Shown here piece by piece: positions 1 to 9,472 of a stretch of DNA of 64,000 bases. Location of the stretch: positions 71,499 through 135,498 of the forward strand of contig JACPJO010000005.1 in the NCBI GenBank assembly GCA_016187485.1, in the 5' to 3' direction. Made by a program: the position numbers and the translations under genes. The stretch's first letter is position 1. Each line of letters starts with the position of its first letter. The notes under the pieces were generated by a model. The model was given only the letters and a program-made list of their open reading frames with translations, did no database searches and was not told the DNA's origin. This stretch comes from Candidatus Uhrbacteria bacterium. GTDB taxonomy: Bacteria; Patescibacteriota; Patescibacteriia; UBA9934; UBA10169.

Positions 1-732
1 GGAATTTTTCCTGAAGACATCTCCACGTGGATGGATGCGCTTGCCCTCTGCCCCCATGTACGTGTGGCAGGGATGTACACGCATCTGGCTCGTGCGGAGG
101 AGATCGGGCACCCGATGACACAAAGGCAAGTCGACGTGCTTTACGCGACAGTGGGGAAGGTGGCGGATCGATTGCCAAACCTCTTGTTTGTTCACGCGGC
201 CTCGGCAGCCGCCGTTCTGGCATTTCCCCATGCGCACGGCACGGCGGTGCGCCCTGGCCTTAGTCTTTACGGCTATTGGCCAGAAGAAACATTTGAGCAG
301 TCCGTGCGACTCAAACATCCGTCGCTCACTCTCACGCCCGCTTTGAGTTGGTACTCTCGCATTGCCCAGGTGAAAGATTATCCGGCGGGCACGCCTGTAG
401 GTTACGGGGGTTCAGAGGTGTTGAATCGGCCCACGCGCCTTGCGGTGGTTCCGGTTGGATACTACGATGGGTATGACCGACGGCTCTCCTCGAAGGGAGA
501 AGTTTTGGTGCGTGGAGAGCGATGTCGTGTCATTGGACGCGTGTGCATGAACATGATGATGGTGGATGCCTCCCGTGTGCCTTCGCCTGTCCGCGGAGAG
601 AATGTGACTTTGCTTGGGACGAGTGGAGCGCATAAAGTCTGGGCTGATGAACTTGCCAAACGTTCCGGCACCATCACGTGGGAAATCCTCGCGCGGCTCT
701 CCTCGCACCTCCCACGGCTCATCGTGCCTTAG
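1..732 (+). CDS. alr: Alanine racemase (5' end outside window)
   Basis: Motifs MYTHLARAE, VRPGLSLYG, PVGYGG, PVGYYDGY, IGRVCMNMMMVD; frame is open from base 1. Confidence 0.93.
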   Translation, partial: GIFPEDISTWMDALALCPHVRVAGMYTHLARAEEIGHPMTQRQVDVLYATVGKVADRLPNLLFVHAASAAAVLAFPHAHGTAVRPGLSLYGYWPEETFEQSVRLKHPSLTLTPALSWYSRIAQVKDYPAGTPVGYGGSEVLNRPTRLAVVPVGYYDGYDRRLSSKGEVLVRGERCRVIGRVCMNMMMVDASRVPSPVRGENVTLLGTSGAHKVWADELAKRSGTITWEILARLSSHLPRLIVP

Positions 733-733
733 T

Positions 734-1573
734 ATGCAAAGGCGAAACTTTCTCCACCGTCTTGGGCGAAAAAAGTGGGCGTCGTCGCCTTACAAGAATC
801 CGTATTTTGATGCCAGTGCCCCGCTTGGTTCACGCTTCTCGTTTCAGAGGATGCTCACAGTCGGACTCTGGCTCGTGCTGTTTGTCGCACTCTTTCTTGG
901 CCTTTTTTGGACGCCGATTCTTCGCGTAGACGAGGTTCGTGTCTCTGGCGTGCGCTATATTGACGAAGCAACCGTACAGGCGCGTGTAGAGGAAGCGCTT
1001 TCCGGCGCGTACGTGTGGATTATTCCTCGCAACCACCGTTTTTTTCTTCCTCTCGAACGTATCCGCGAAAGTCTCGGCGAAGCATTTTTGTTAAACACAG
1101 TGGATCTTCGTTCAACGGGGAGGGCTCTTGATGTCGTCATTTCGGAAAAACTTTCTCGTGCCCTTTGGCGCGTCGGGCCGGCTTCCTACATCATGGACGA
1201 GCACGGCGTGATTGTCGGTGAACAAGGTCTTGAACCGCTCCCGCTTGTGTCCATCGTGGACGTGAGAGAGGAGGCCGTTTCTGTTGGACAGCGAGTTTTG
1301 TCAGAAGAGGAAAGCATAAATCTTCTTGAGCTCGTTTCTGTGCTTGGCGAGAGGGGAGTGGCCATCTCAGAGATCCTCTACGACAAGGATCAACCCTACT
1401 TCGTCCAGATTGTCGTTCCACCCGGATACAAAGTCATTGTAGACCCAGCCACACCGTTAGCGGAGCAGTTAGATCGATACACAACGGTTCTGCGGACAGA
1501 TTCACGTGACCCAAGTGTCTACGAATATATAGACGTGCGATTTGGTAACAGAGTGTACGTAAAGGATCGTTAG
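734..1573 (+). CDS. FtsQ/DivIB-like cell division protein (TM helix + POTRA-like domain)
   Basis: Basic N-terminus, one TM helix, 'LRVDEVRVSGVRYI' POTRA start, C-terminal 'YEYIDVRFGNRVYVK'; ATG 734 follows the alr stop. Confidence 0.75.
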   Translation: MQRRNFLHRLGRKKWASSPYKNPYFDASAPLGSRFSFQRMLTVGLWLVLFVALFLGLFWTPILRVDEVRVSGVRYIDEATVQARVEEALSGAYVWIIPRNHRFFLPLERIRESLGEAFLLNTVDLRSTGRALDVVISEKLSRALWRVGPASYIMDEHGVIVGEQGLEPLPLVSIVDVREEAVSVGQRVLSEEESINLLELVSVLGERGVAISEILYDKDQPYFVQIVVPPGYKVIVDPATPLAEQLDRYTTVLRTDSRDPSVYEYIDVRFGNRVYVKDR

Positions 1574-1581
1574 GCCATTGG

Positions 1582-1611
1582 AGGGTCGTCTAATATGCAT
1601 TGTACGACCCT
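1582..1611. terminator. Hairpin between convergent genes
   Basis: AGGGTCGT (1582-1589) pairs with ACGACCCT (1604-1611); no clear U-tract. Confidence 0.35.
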
Positions 1612-1662
1612 AGATATTTCTCTTTACGCTTGTTTTTAGATACTCCCCCATCTCACGTATTC

Positions 1663-2058
1663 TTAAAACAACAGCGGTGACTCAACGAGTTTACGTATGA
1701 CAAGCAGAAAAATTCCAAGTACGAGTCCCCCGAGTGATCCGAGGACAGCAACCGAGATGGCGTTTGGCATCTTGATGGATTCCTTAATGAATCCCCCACT
1801 CACGTACAAGATGATGATGAGGGGAAACCCGGTAAGCGTGATGCCCAAAATCCGTATAGGCCACCAGGAGACCAGCATGCTTGCTCCGAGAAATAAGAGG
1901 CCGGCAGCGATGGTGAAGCCAAGATATTTAAGGACGACGCCAAAACGTGGCACCTGCCAGACGGCGTCACGCATGAAGAAAAACAGCATGACAATGAGCG
2001 TGAGGAGCGACGCGCCAATAATGAAGTACGCGACGGCTAAGTAGAGAGTTTCGGGCAT
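1663..2058 (-). CDS. Hypothetical membrane protein (about 4 TM helices)
   Basis: Hydrophobic ORF from MPETLYLAV; ATG 2058 lies just after the upstream stop. Confidence 0.65.
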   Translation of the reverse strand: MPETLYLAVAYFIIGASLLTLIVMLFFFMRDAVWQVPRFGVVLKYLGFTIAAGLLFLGASMLVSWWPIRILGITLTGFPLIIILYVSGGFIKESIKMPNAISVAVLGSLGGLVLGIFLLVIRKLVESPLLF

Positions 2059-2071
2059 AGGATACGTTCTG

Positions 2072-3271
2072 TTATGGAGCCGCAATGAGCGGCCACGGGT
2101 CAATGGGGATTCCCCCTTTGCGAATCTCAAAGTGGAGGTGCGGGCCTGTTGAGAGGCCGGCTCCGCGTGTCCCGCGCGCGCCACCGGATTTAGCGATCAC
2201 TTGCCCGCGTGAAACGAATTGGTCAGCGACGACTTCAAAACCGGACAGATGCGCATAGAGCGTTGCCATACCGTCCGTGTGGATGATCATAAGGTAATTC
2301 CCATAGAGTCTTCCCTGCCGCGTCCACGCCACAACACCCGGCGCGGCTGCATACACGTCACTTCCTTGCGGAGTGGCAATATCCAGACCGGAGTGCTCAA
2401 ACAGACGTCTAAAGGGATAGGACGGGTCGCGGAATGTGGTTGTGATACGACGGGACGATATCGGGAGAGGCCAGCTGAACTTGCCTCCAAGCTCGCCGCC
2501 ATCTTGACCGCGCAAACGCGCTTCGATATCGTCCTGCAGACTGGCAATCTCACGCTCGATGGCATTTTGCTCGCGCGCAAGCTCCGCAATGAGTCCCTGG
2601 TATTCGGATTCGGAATCGCGCGTTGCTGTGATGAGAGACTGCTTTGCTATCTCTTCGCGCGCCAAACTCCCCTTTTGCACGTCAAGGTCTTCCGCAAGTT
2701 TCTGTGCCTGTCCCAATCGTTCTTCCCGCTCCTCTTTGTAGGATTCTGTCTCGCTTGTCAGTGTTTTTGTCTCTTCGAGCGTCTCTGCAAGACGGCGATT
2801 AAGTTCTTCGTAGTGCCGTACGCGCTCAAAAAATTCAGAGAACGTCTTTGTCTGCACGAGGAGAAAAAGCCGGCTTTGCTTGTCCGACGCTTGAATAGCT
2901 CGTAGAGTCGCACGGAGCGATGCCTTCTCTCCTTCCCCGCGTTCTCGTAAAAGTTCAATCTCTTCTTCAATCAACGTAAGCTCGTCCGTGAGAGTGGATT
3001 TTTTCAATTCCGTTGCCTCAATGTCAAGCTCAATTTTTGCCAACCGGTTTTCAAGCACAGCCATTTGAGTCTCTAATGTCCGCGCATGCTTTTGAATGGT
3101 CGTGAGTTCTTTTTCCAGCGCCTCAATACGTTCGTTCACGCCAGAAAGATTCTCGCGCTTTTCGCGAATAGCGTTCTCGATAACCGTGATGTCCTCCGTC
3201 TGCGCAAAAACTCCCTTCGTGAACACAAGGGAGAGAACCATCGAGGCAAAAAAGACTCGGTAAAGTATCAT
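2072..3271 (-). CDS. M23 family peptidase with long coiled coil (murein hydrolase/activator type)
   Basis: Signal peptide, coiled coil, HSGLD, YAHLS, STGPHLHFEIR. Confidence 0.9.
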   Translation of the reverse strand: MILYRVFFASMVLSLVFTKGVFAQTEDITVIENAIREKRENLSGVNERIEALEKELTTIQKHARTLETQMAVLENRLAKIELDIEATELKKSTLTDELTLIEEEIELLRERGEGEKASLRATLRAIQASDKQSRLFLLVQTKTFSEFFERVRHYEELNRRLAETLEETKTLTSETESYKEEREERLGQAQKLAEDLDVQKGSLAREEIAKQSLITATRDSESEYQGLIAELAREQNAIEREIASLQDDIEARLRGQDGGELGGKFSWPLPISSRRITTTFRDPSYPFRRLFEHSGLDIATPQGSDVYAAAPGVVAWTRQGRLYGNYLMIIHTDGMATLYAHLSGFEVVADQFVSRGQVIAKSGGARGTRGAGLSTGPHLHFEIRKGGIPIDPWPLIAAP

Positions 3272-4734
3272 GCAAGGCGCTTACGGGCTTCTTCAAGCCG
3301 ATAGAGCGTCTCTAGTTTACCAAAAACCCAGGCAAGTTCATACGGGCTTGGGGATTGCGCTTTGCCGGAAAGGGCAACACGCATAGGCCAGAGCACTCCC
3401 CCGCGGTCAAGCTGGTTTGCCGCAAGATACGTCTGCACGTTATTCTCAAGAGCCAACACTTCGGAAAATATCTCATCCGCAACTGTGGAAAGATGTTCAA
3501 CGAGTCTTCCGAGTTGTGCAACAGCGTCCTCACGTGTGGACTTCCTCCACACAAGAAGGCCGGGATCGTAGTCCAGCGGTTCAAGATACGGCCCGAGACG
3601 TCCTGGCAATTCGGCAAGGGTTGTTGCCCGTTCGCGCTCGACTGTCAGCGCACGCAAAAGGACAGGATTTTGAAAGTCCAGTGTTTCCGAAAAAGGGTGT
3701 ACGGCGCGCGCGAGTTCCTCGATATTAAGGTGGCGGAGATAGTGGGCGTTCACCCAGTCGAGTTTTTCATAGTTCACAACGGCGCCGGCGCGGTTTACCC
3801 GCGAGAGATCAAACAGAGCGGTAAGTTCTTCTGTGGAGTAAATCTCTTGATCTGATTTTGGATTGAATCCAAGCGTGGCGACAAAGTTATTCAAAGCCGC
3901 GGGAAGATACCCGCGTTTCAAGTAATCCTCCACCGCCACGTCTCCTTGTCGTTTGGAGAGTTTTGTTCGATCGGCATTTAATAAATTCGGTAAGTGGGCA
4001 AACGTCGGGGCCTCCCACCCAAGAGCCGCGTAGAGCATGATTTGCTTAGGTGTGGAAGAAATCCAGTCCTCTCCTCGCAGGACATGCGAAATCTCCATGA
4101 AGTGATCATCCACGACTACCGCAAGATGGTAGGTTGGGAAACCATCGGATTTTAAGAGAACTTGGTCGTCCACGTCGGCGTTGGGAAATTTCATGGCGCC
4201 GTAGACGACGTCCTCAAAAATTGTCTCACCATCGGGGACCAGAAGGCGGATGACATACGACTCCCCCGCTCCCGCGCGACGGTCAGATTCTTCTTTTGAG
4301 AGGTGTAGGCATGTGCGATCGTATTTTGTCATGCGCTTTGCCAGCGTTTGCTCTCGCCGCATGGTCTCTAGTCGTTCGGCGGAACAAAAACACCGATACG
4401 CCGAGCCCACGCGCAACAGTTCTTCCGCCCACTGTTTGTAGGTATCAAGCCGTTTTGATTGGATGTATGGTCCAAAAGATCCTTTCTCTGCGATGTCTCC
4501 CTTGTCGTCGAGGACCGGTCCCTCGTCGTAGGAAATTCCCATCACGTCAAGCGTGCGGATAAGCGCTTCGGTTGCTCCGGGGATGTAGCGCTCGCGATCG
4601 GTGTCTTCGATGCGGAAAACGAGCGATCCCTGATGTTGGCGCGCAAAAAAATAGGCGTAGAGTGCAGTGCGGAGTCCGCCAATGTGCAGATAGCCCGTGG
4701 GAGAAGGAGCAAAACGTGTGCGAACCGGTTTCAT
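3268..4734 (-). CDS. gltX: Glutamate--tRNA ligase
   Basis: RTRFAPSPTGYLHIGG (HIGH), KLSKR (KMSKS); start at MKPVRTRF with ATGA overlap. Confidence 0.97.
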   Translation of the reverse strand: MKPVRTRFAPSPTGYLHIGGLRTALYAYFFARQHQGSLVFRIEDTDRERYIPGATEALIRTLDVMGISYDEGPVLDDKGDIAEKGSFGPYIQSKRLDTYKQWAEELLRVGSAYRCFCSAERLETMRREQTLAKRMTKYDRTCLHLSKEESDRRAGAGESYVIRLLVPDGETIFEDVVYGAMKFPNADVDDQVLLKSDGFPTYHLAVVVDDHFMEISHVLRGEDWISSTPKQIMLYAALGWEAPTFAHLPNLLNADRTKLSKRQGDVAVEDYLKRGYLPAALNNFVATLGFNPKSDQEIYSTEELTALFDLSRVNRAGAVVNYEKLDWVNAHYLRHLNIEELARAVHPFSETLDFQNPVLLRALTVERERATTLAELPGRLGPYLEPLDYDPGLLVWRKSTREDAVAQLGRLVEHLSTVADEIFSEVLALENNVQTYLAANQLDRGGVLWPMRVALSGKAQSPSPYELAWVFGKLETLYRLEEARKRLA

Positions 4735-5495
4735 ATGGATCGCAGTGTACTTCGAATGACAAGGATTGGAAAGAGAATAACCGCGTGATAGATGCGCCGG
4801 AAACGTCGTGGTTCGCAGAGGAGTCGGTACATCCACTCAAGTCCAAACGCGCGCATCCAACGTGGGGCGCGCGTTTGGCGGCCCGAGAGGAATTCCAGAG
4901 CTCCGCCGATACCGATACCGACACGCACAGAAGAAAAACTTTTCAGATGCTCCGCGAGCCACCGCTCTTGTTTGCCATGCCCGAGAGAGACAGCAAGAAT
5001 ATGCGGCTGCCATTCATGGATTGTACGAATAATCTCCTCTCCACCCGACCATACTTCCCCATCCATCGTTATAGGTCCGCCACCCACACCGCGCGCAAGG
5101 AGCCCAGGATACATTCGGGCGAGATTTTCCGCAGCACGAGGTGCATCCTCATTATGCATCCCACCGACAAGCAGAAGTCGCTTTCCCCCCCGTGCTGATT
5201 GACGAGCAAGAGTGTGGAGCGCATCAACACCTGAAAAGCGTACAAGCTTCTTTCCCAGTAAAAATGCGGCGAGGACAAGACCAAAACCGTCTACCAACCG
5301 GAGGTCGGCAGAATTCAACACCTTGCGGAAATGTGGATCTTTTTCGGCCAAAACTAACATTTCCGGGTTTGGCGTGACGACAAGCGCGGCTTTCGTCCCC
5401 TGGAGAAACCCAAAGAGGCGCCCACCCACTTCTTGACGAGTTATAGACTCGAGCCCTACGCCAAGAAGAGCCACAGATTGTTCATTTATCCCCAT
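4731..5495 (-). CDS. WecB/TagA/CpsF family glycosyltransferase
   Basis: VVTPNPE, DGFG, LGHGKQERW, GIGGAL, RAPRWMRAFGLEWMYRL. Confidence 0.92.
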   Translation of the reverse strand: MGINEQSVALLGVGLESITRQEVGGRLFGFLQGTKAALVVTPNPEMLVLAEKDPHFRKVLNSADLRLVDGFGLVLAAFLLGKKLVRFSGVDALHTLARQSARGGKRLLLVGGMHNEDAPRAAENLARMYPGLLARGVGGGPITMDGEVWSGGEEIIRTIHEWQPHILAVSLGHGKQERWLAEHLKSFSSVRVGIGIGGALEFLSGRQTRAPRWMRAFGLEWMYRLLCEPRRFRRIYHAVILFPILVIRSTLRSI

Positions 5496-5539
5496 AGGAG
5501 CCAGAAAATAATACCAGAATTGCTATAATTTCACTATAT

Positions 5540-5568
5540 TTGACGCGGTACAATTAGCACTCTATACT
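5540..5568 (+). promoter_or_regulatory. Sigma70-type promoter of clpB
   Basis: TTGACG (5540-5545), 17 bp, TATACT (5563-5568). Confidence 0.75.
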
Positions 5569-5580
5569 TTCGAGTGCTAA
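5554..5580. promoter_or_regulatory. CIRCE element (HrcA operator) upstream of clpB
   Basis: Perfect TTAGCACTC-N9-GAGTGCTAA. Confidence 0.95.
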
Positions 5581-5587
5581 AACGTTT

Positions 5588-8218
5588 ATGCTCCCAAACA
5601 ATTTTACCCACAAGTCGCAAGAAGCTATTCAGCAAGCGCATATGCTGGCACAGGAAAATGGTCAGCCAGCCATAGAGCCGATTCACCTTTTGGCCTCCCT
5701 CCTCCGTCAGGACGATGGTGTGGTCGTCTCTCTTTTCCAAAAATTGGAGGTGGTGATCTCTGCCCTGCGTGCCGATATTGATGAGATTCTCGATTCCCTT
5801 CCCCGCCAACGTGGTCCGCGGCCCAATGTGCTGGGGCAGGTGTATCTTTCCCAGGAAATGGCCAATGTCTTTGGCGCAGCGGCAGAGTTTGCAAAACAAT
5901 TCAATGATGACTTCATTTCTACCGAGCACCTGTTGCTTGGGCTGCTGCGTGACAAAAACGTGGGAAGTTTTCTTGCAAAGTATAACGTGAATGAAGAGGC
6001 CGTGATGCGCGCGCTCAAAGATATTCGCGGGTCGCAGCGCGTGGATACACAAGAGCCTGAATCTCGTTACCAAGCGCTTGAAAAGTATTCGCGTAACTTA
6101 ACGGAAGAAGCGCGTAAAGGGCGTTTGGATCCTGTGATTGGGCGCGATACAGAAATTCGCCGCGTCATGCAAGTACTTTCGCGCCGCAAGAAGAACAACC
6201 CTGTGTTAATCGGCGAGGCGGGCGTGGGAAAGACCGCCATCATGGAAGGACTTGCCCAGCGTATTGTGGACAGTGACGTCCCAGAGCTTCTCAAAAACAA
6301 AGAGGTCGTCTCGCTTGATCTCGGCGCTCTTGTGGCGGGGACAAAGTATCGTGGAGAGTTCGAGGACCGGCTCAAAGCTGTTCTTAAGGAGATTCACCAA
6401 TCAGGTGACCGTTTCATTTTATTTATTGATGAATTGCACACCGTTGTGGGTGCGGGAACGTCGGAAGGCGGCACGCTGGACGCCTCCAATATGCTGAAAC
6501 CTGCGCTGGCGCGCGGGGAGCTTCGTGCGGTGGGGGCAACAACGCTCAAGGAGTATCAAAAATATATCGAGAAGGATCCGGCGCTTGAACGGCGATTCCA
6601 GCCGGTGTTTGTCGACGAACCGGATGCGGAAGATACGATTGCAATTCTGCGTGGTATCAAAGAAAAGTACGAGGTGCACCACGGAGTGCGCATTACGGAC
6701 CCTGCGCTGGTGTCGGCGGTAGAGTTGTCGGTGCGCTACATTTCTGATCGCCAACTGCCGGATAAAGCGGTGGATTTGATTGATGAAGCCGCCGCGAGTT
6801 TGCGCATGCAGATTGATTCGATGCCAGAAGAGCTCGATAGCATGAAGCGCGATCTTATGCGACTTGAAATTGAAGCGAAGGCTCTCGAAAGCGAGAAAGA
6901 CAAGGTGTCTACCGCGCGGCGGAAAGAGATTGAACGGCTGCTTGGCGATTTGCGCGAGAAGGTCATGGGTCTTGAAGCGCGGTGGCAAAATGAGAAAGAA
7001 AAAATTACAGACATTCACCGTATTAAGGAAGACACGGAAAAACTCAAATTGAAAGCCGAAATTGCCGAGCGTCAACAGAATCTCGAAGAGGTTGCGCGCA
7101 TTCGTTATTCAGAGATTCCAGCAAAGGAGAAAGATTTGCAGAAAGCCGGACGCGCGCTGCGAGAACTTCAAAAAGACCGCGGTATTCTGAAGGAGGAGGT
7201 CACCGAGGAAGATATTGCCGTCGTTGTTTCACGGTGGACGAATATTCCGGTGGCGAAAATGCTTGAATCAGAACGGGCGAAGCTTGTGCGCATGGAAGAG
7301 GAGATCAAGAAACGTGTGGTTGGACAGGATGATGCCATTGTGGCCGTCTCGAATGCCCTTCGCCGTTCACGCGCAGGCGTCGCCGAAGAAAATCGGCCGA
7401 TCGGCTCCTTCATTTTTATGGGGCCGACAGGGGTGGGAAAGACGGAGTTGGCGCGGGCGCTTGCGGAATTCATGTTTAACGACGAGGACGCACTCATCCG
7501 GCTTGATATGAGCGAGTACATGGAGAAGCATGCCACAAGTAAGATGCTCGGTTCCCCGCCGGGGTATGTCGGTTACGAGGAAGGTGGACAGCTGACCGAG
7601 ATTATTCGTCGCCGGCCATACGCGGTCGTGTTATTCGATGAGATAGAGAAGGCGCACCCAGATACGTTTAACGTTCTCCTGCAGATTCTCGATGACGGGC
7701 GACTTACGGATGCGAAAGGGCGTAAAGTAAATTTCAAGAATACGATTGTCATCATGACATCCAACATCGGGTCAGACCTGATCCTTTCTTCTGGCGCGCG
7801 CGGTGCTATTGGATTTACGGCGAGCGAAGGAGCGGCAGGAGAACGCCAGGAAATACATACACGCTTGCAGGAGATGCTGCGTGATCATTTCCGACCGGAG
7901 TTTTTGAATCGCATTGACGACACGATTGTCTTCGATCCTCTTCAACAGGCGGACCTCAGTCACATTGTGGAACTTCAGCTCGCTCGCGTAGCGAAGCGTT
8001 TACATGAGCACCACGACTTGACGCTCGATGTTTCCGATTCAGCGAAGAAAGTGTTGACGCAGCACGGGTTTGATCCGAAATACGGGGCGAGACCGCTCAA
8101 GCGCGCTATACAGACATACCTTCTCAACCCCCTCGCAAAAGAGATTCTTGCGGGCGACATCAAAGACGGCAGTAAGGTTCGTGTGAGTGCAAAGAACGGA
8201 ACATTATTGTTTACCTAA
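5588..8218 (+). CDS. clpB: ATP-dependent chaperone ClpB
   Basis: Clp N-domain, two AAA+ modules ([16 protein letters not shown]), coiled-coil middle domain, 876 aa. Confidence 0.96.
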   Translation: MLPNNFTHKSQEAIQQAHMLAQENGQPAIEPIHLLASLLRQDDGVVVSLFQKLEVVISALRADIDEILDSLPRQRGPRPNVLGQVYLSQEMANVFGAAAEFAKQFNDDFISTEHLLLGLLRDKNVGSFLAKYNVNEEAVMRALKDIRGSQRVDTQEPESRYQALEKYSRNLTEEARKGRLDPVIGRDTEIRRVMQVLSRRKKNNPVLIGEAGVGKTAIMEGLAQRIVDSDVPELLKNKEVVSLDLGALVAGTKYRGEFEDRLKAVLKEIHQSGDRFILFIDELHTVVGAGTSEGGTLDASNMLKPALARGELRAVGATTLKEYQKYIEKDPALERRFQPVFVDEPDAEDTIAILRGIKEKYEVHHGVRITDPALVSAVELSVRYISDRQLPDKAVDLIDEAAASLRMQIDSMPEELDSMKRDLMRLEIEAKALESEKDKVSTARRKEIERLLGDLREKVMGLEARWQNEKEKITDIHRIKEDTEKLKLKAEIAERQQNLEEVARIRYSEIPAKEKDLQKAGRALRELQKDRGILKEEVTEEDIAVVVSRWTNIPVAKMLESERAKLVRMEEEIKKRVVGQDDAIVAVSNALRRSRAGVAEENRPIGSFIFMGPTGVGKTELARALAEFMFNDEDALIRLDMSEYMEKHATSKMLGSPPGYVGYEEGGQLTEIIRRRPYAVVLFDEIEKAHPDTFNVLLQILDDGRLTDAKGRKVNFKNTIVIMTSNIGSDLILSSGARGAIGFTASEGAAGERQEIHTRLQEMLRDHFRPEFLNRIDDTIVFDPLQQADLSHIVELQLARVAKRLHEHHDLTLDVSDSAKKVLTQHGFDPKYGARPLKRAIQTYLLNPLAKEILAGDIKDGSKVRVSAKNGTLLFT

Positions 8219-8262
8219 ACGAAAGAGAGCCCGGAGGCTCTCAAGAGAGAAGGAACGAGTTT
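8216..8262. repeat. Direct repeat copy A (47 bp) containing terminator-like hairpin
   Basis: 41/47 identical to 9426-9472; GAGAGCC-cgga-GGCTCTC hairpin at 8225-8242. Confidence 0.85.
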
Positions 8263-8270
8263 GCAGCGAG

Positions 8271-9278
8271 CTACTTGCTCACTGCCTTGTCCACGGAAAG
8301 GACGAGCCGCGAATCGGCTCCGAGCTCGAAGGAGCTGTCGGCGGTGATGGGCATCACCCGTCCGTTCATCGACCCCATGGCGAGGTAGCCCTGGGCGGTG
8401 AGCTCTGCGAGAAGCTCGGGCCGGACGTGGTATGTGCCGGGCGAGACGATCCAGTAGCCGGCGAGGGCGCTGTTGGACTCGACTGGATTGCCCGCGGCGT
8501 TGTAGAGGGGGTTGTTGGCGGCATCGCGTGCCTGCGACCGTCGCTCGAAGACGATCTGCTCGGACGCGAATTCGAGCAGGTGCTCGTCCGGATCGCCGAA
8601 GGCTGGTGTCACAACTTCGACCACCGGCATTTCGTGCAAGACCACCTCCAACACGTTCTCCATGCCGATCTTGAGGGTGGAGCTGTCGAGCTCGCCCCAG
8701 TAGATGGAGCGGCCGATGGGGCTCGTGCGCAGAACGATGGTTCCCACACCGGCGTAGGTCTGGAAGCGGATCCGGTTCGAGTACTCCTCGGCTTCCTCGG
8801 CGAACTTACGGCCTTCCATCTGGTATTGGTCGCCGCTGTACACCAGGGCGACTTCCCATGTGCTGAGGGAGTCCGTCGTGACTTCCACGGTTGCGCTCCC
8901 GGCGCTCACCGTCACGTTGGCGCGGCACCAGTCGGCGAAACCTGCCTTCTGGAACTTGTCGCTGAGTTCGTTGCAGGCGAGTTCGCCGCTGCTCAACTGG
9001 TAGACCAGCGGAAGGTTGCGGCGGACCATGTAGGCGCCTTCCAGCGTGGCAAGACTTCGCCGACGGATGACCTCCTCGGCCCAGGTCAGATTCCCCACCT
9101 CGCCGGAAGGCTTCTCGGTCACGAGACGCGCCACGACCGTGGCCTTGGTGGGGTCGTCCACCTGCACCGTCGACGTGGTGGTGCCGGACTCCGGCTCGGC
9201 GGCGAAGGCACTCCCGGCGAAGAGCGTGACGCTGGTGATGACGAAGGCGCAGAGCGCCGACAGACTGTGGCTAGACAT
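8271..9278 (-). CDS. Hypothetical secreted protein (GC-rich accessory gene)
   Basis: 335-aa ORF, Sec signal ending AFA, GGAGG 7 nt before ATG, own promoter. Confidence 0.75.
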   Translation of the reverse strand: MSSHSLSALCAFVITSVTLFAGSAFAAEPESGTTTSTVQVDDPTKATVVARLVTEKPSGEVGNLTWAEEVIRRRSLATLEGAYMVRRNLPLVYQLSSGELACNELSDKFQKAGFADWCRANVTVSAGSATVEVTTDSLSTWEVALVYSGDQYQMEGRKFAEEAEEYSNRIRFQTYAGVGTIVLRTSPIGRSIYWGELDSSTLKIGMENVLEVVLHEMPVVEVVTPAFGDPDEHLLEFASEQIVFERRSQARDAANNPLYNAAGNPVESNSALAGYWIVSPGTYHVRPELLAELTAQGYLAMGSMNGRVMPITADSSFELGADSRLVLSVDKAVSK

Positions 9279-9344
9279 GTACGTTCCTCCGTATGTCCGG
9301 TTTTCCCTCCCGTGGATCCAGTATACCCACGTTCAGGACCAGGA

Positions 9345-9373
9345 AACATAGGGCAATTTTTCAGAAATGTCAA
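9345..9373 (-). promoter_or_regulatory. Sigma70-type promoter
   Basis: TTGACA-17-TATGTT on minus strand. Confidence 0.7.
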
Positions 9374-9392
9374 TGTTCAGCCCCTCACATGC

Positions 9393-9425
9393 CCAAAAAT
9401 CAGGAGCTTAGCTCCTGATTTTTGG
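9393..9425. terminator. Perfect 15-bp inverted repeat (bidirectional terminator-like)
   Basis: CCAAAAATCAGGAGC-tta-GCTCCTGATTTTTGG. Confidence 0.65.
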
Positions 9426-9472
9426 TAAACGAAAGAGAGCCCGGGGGCTCTCGAGGGAGAAAGGACTAGTTT
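9426..9472. repeat. Direct repeat copy B (47 bp) containing terminator-like hairpin
   Basis: 41/47 identical to 8216-8262; hairpin at 9435-9452. Confidence 0.85.

Noticed and set aside
8187-9428. 413-aa plus-strand ORF, and similar long antisense ORFs (e.g. 11996-13078, 48947-49792)
   Set aside because: Antisense shadows of GC-rich genes; the opposite strand has the motifs, SD, promoter and terminator.
8216-9472. Repeats as integron attC sites or CRISPR repeats
   Set aside because: No canonical RYYYAAC/GTTRRRY ends, no integrase, only two copies 1.2 kb apart and no spacer periodicity.
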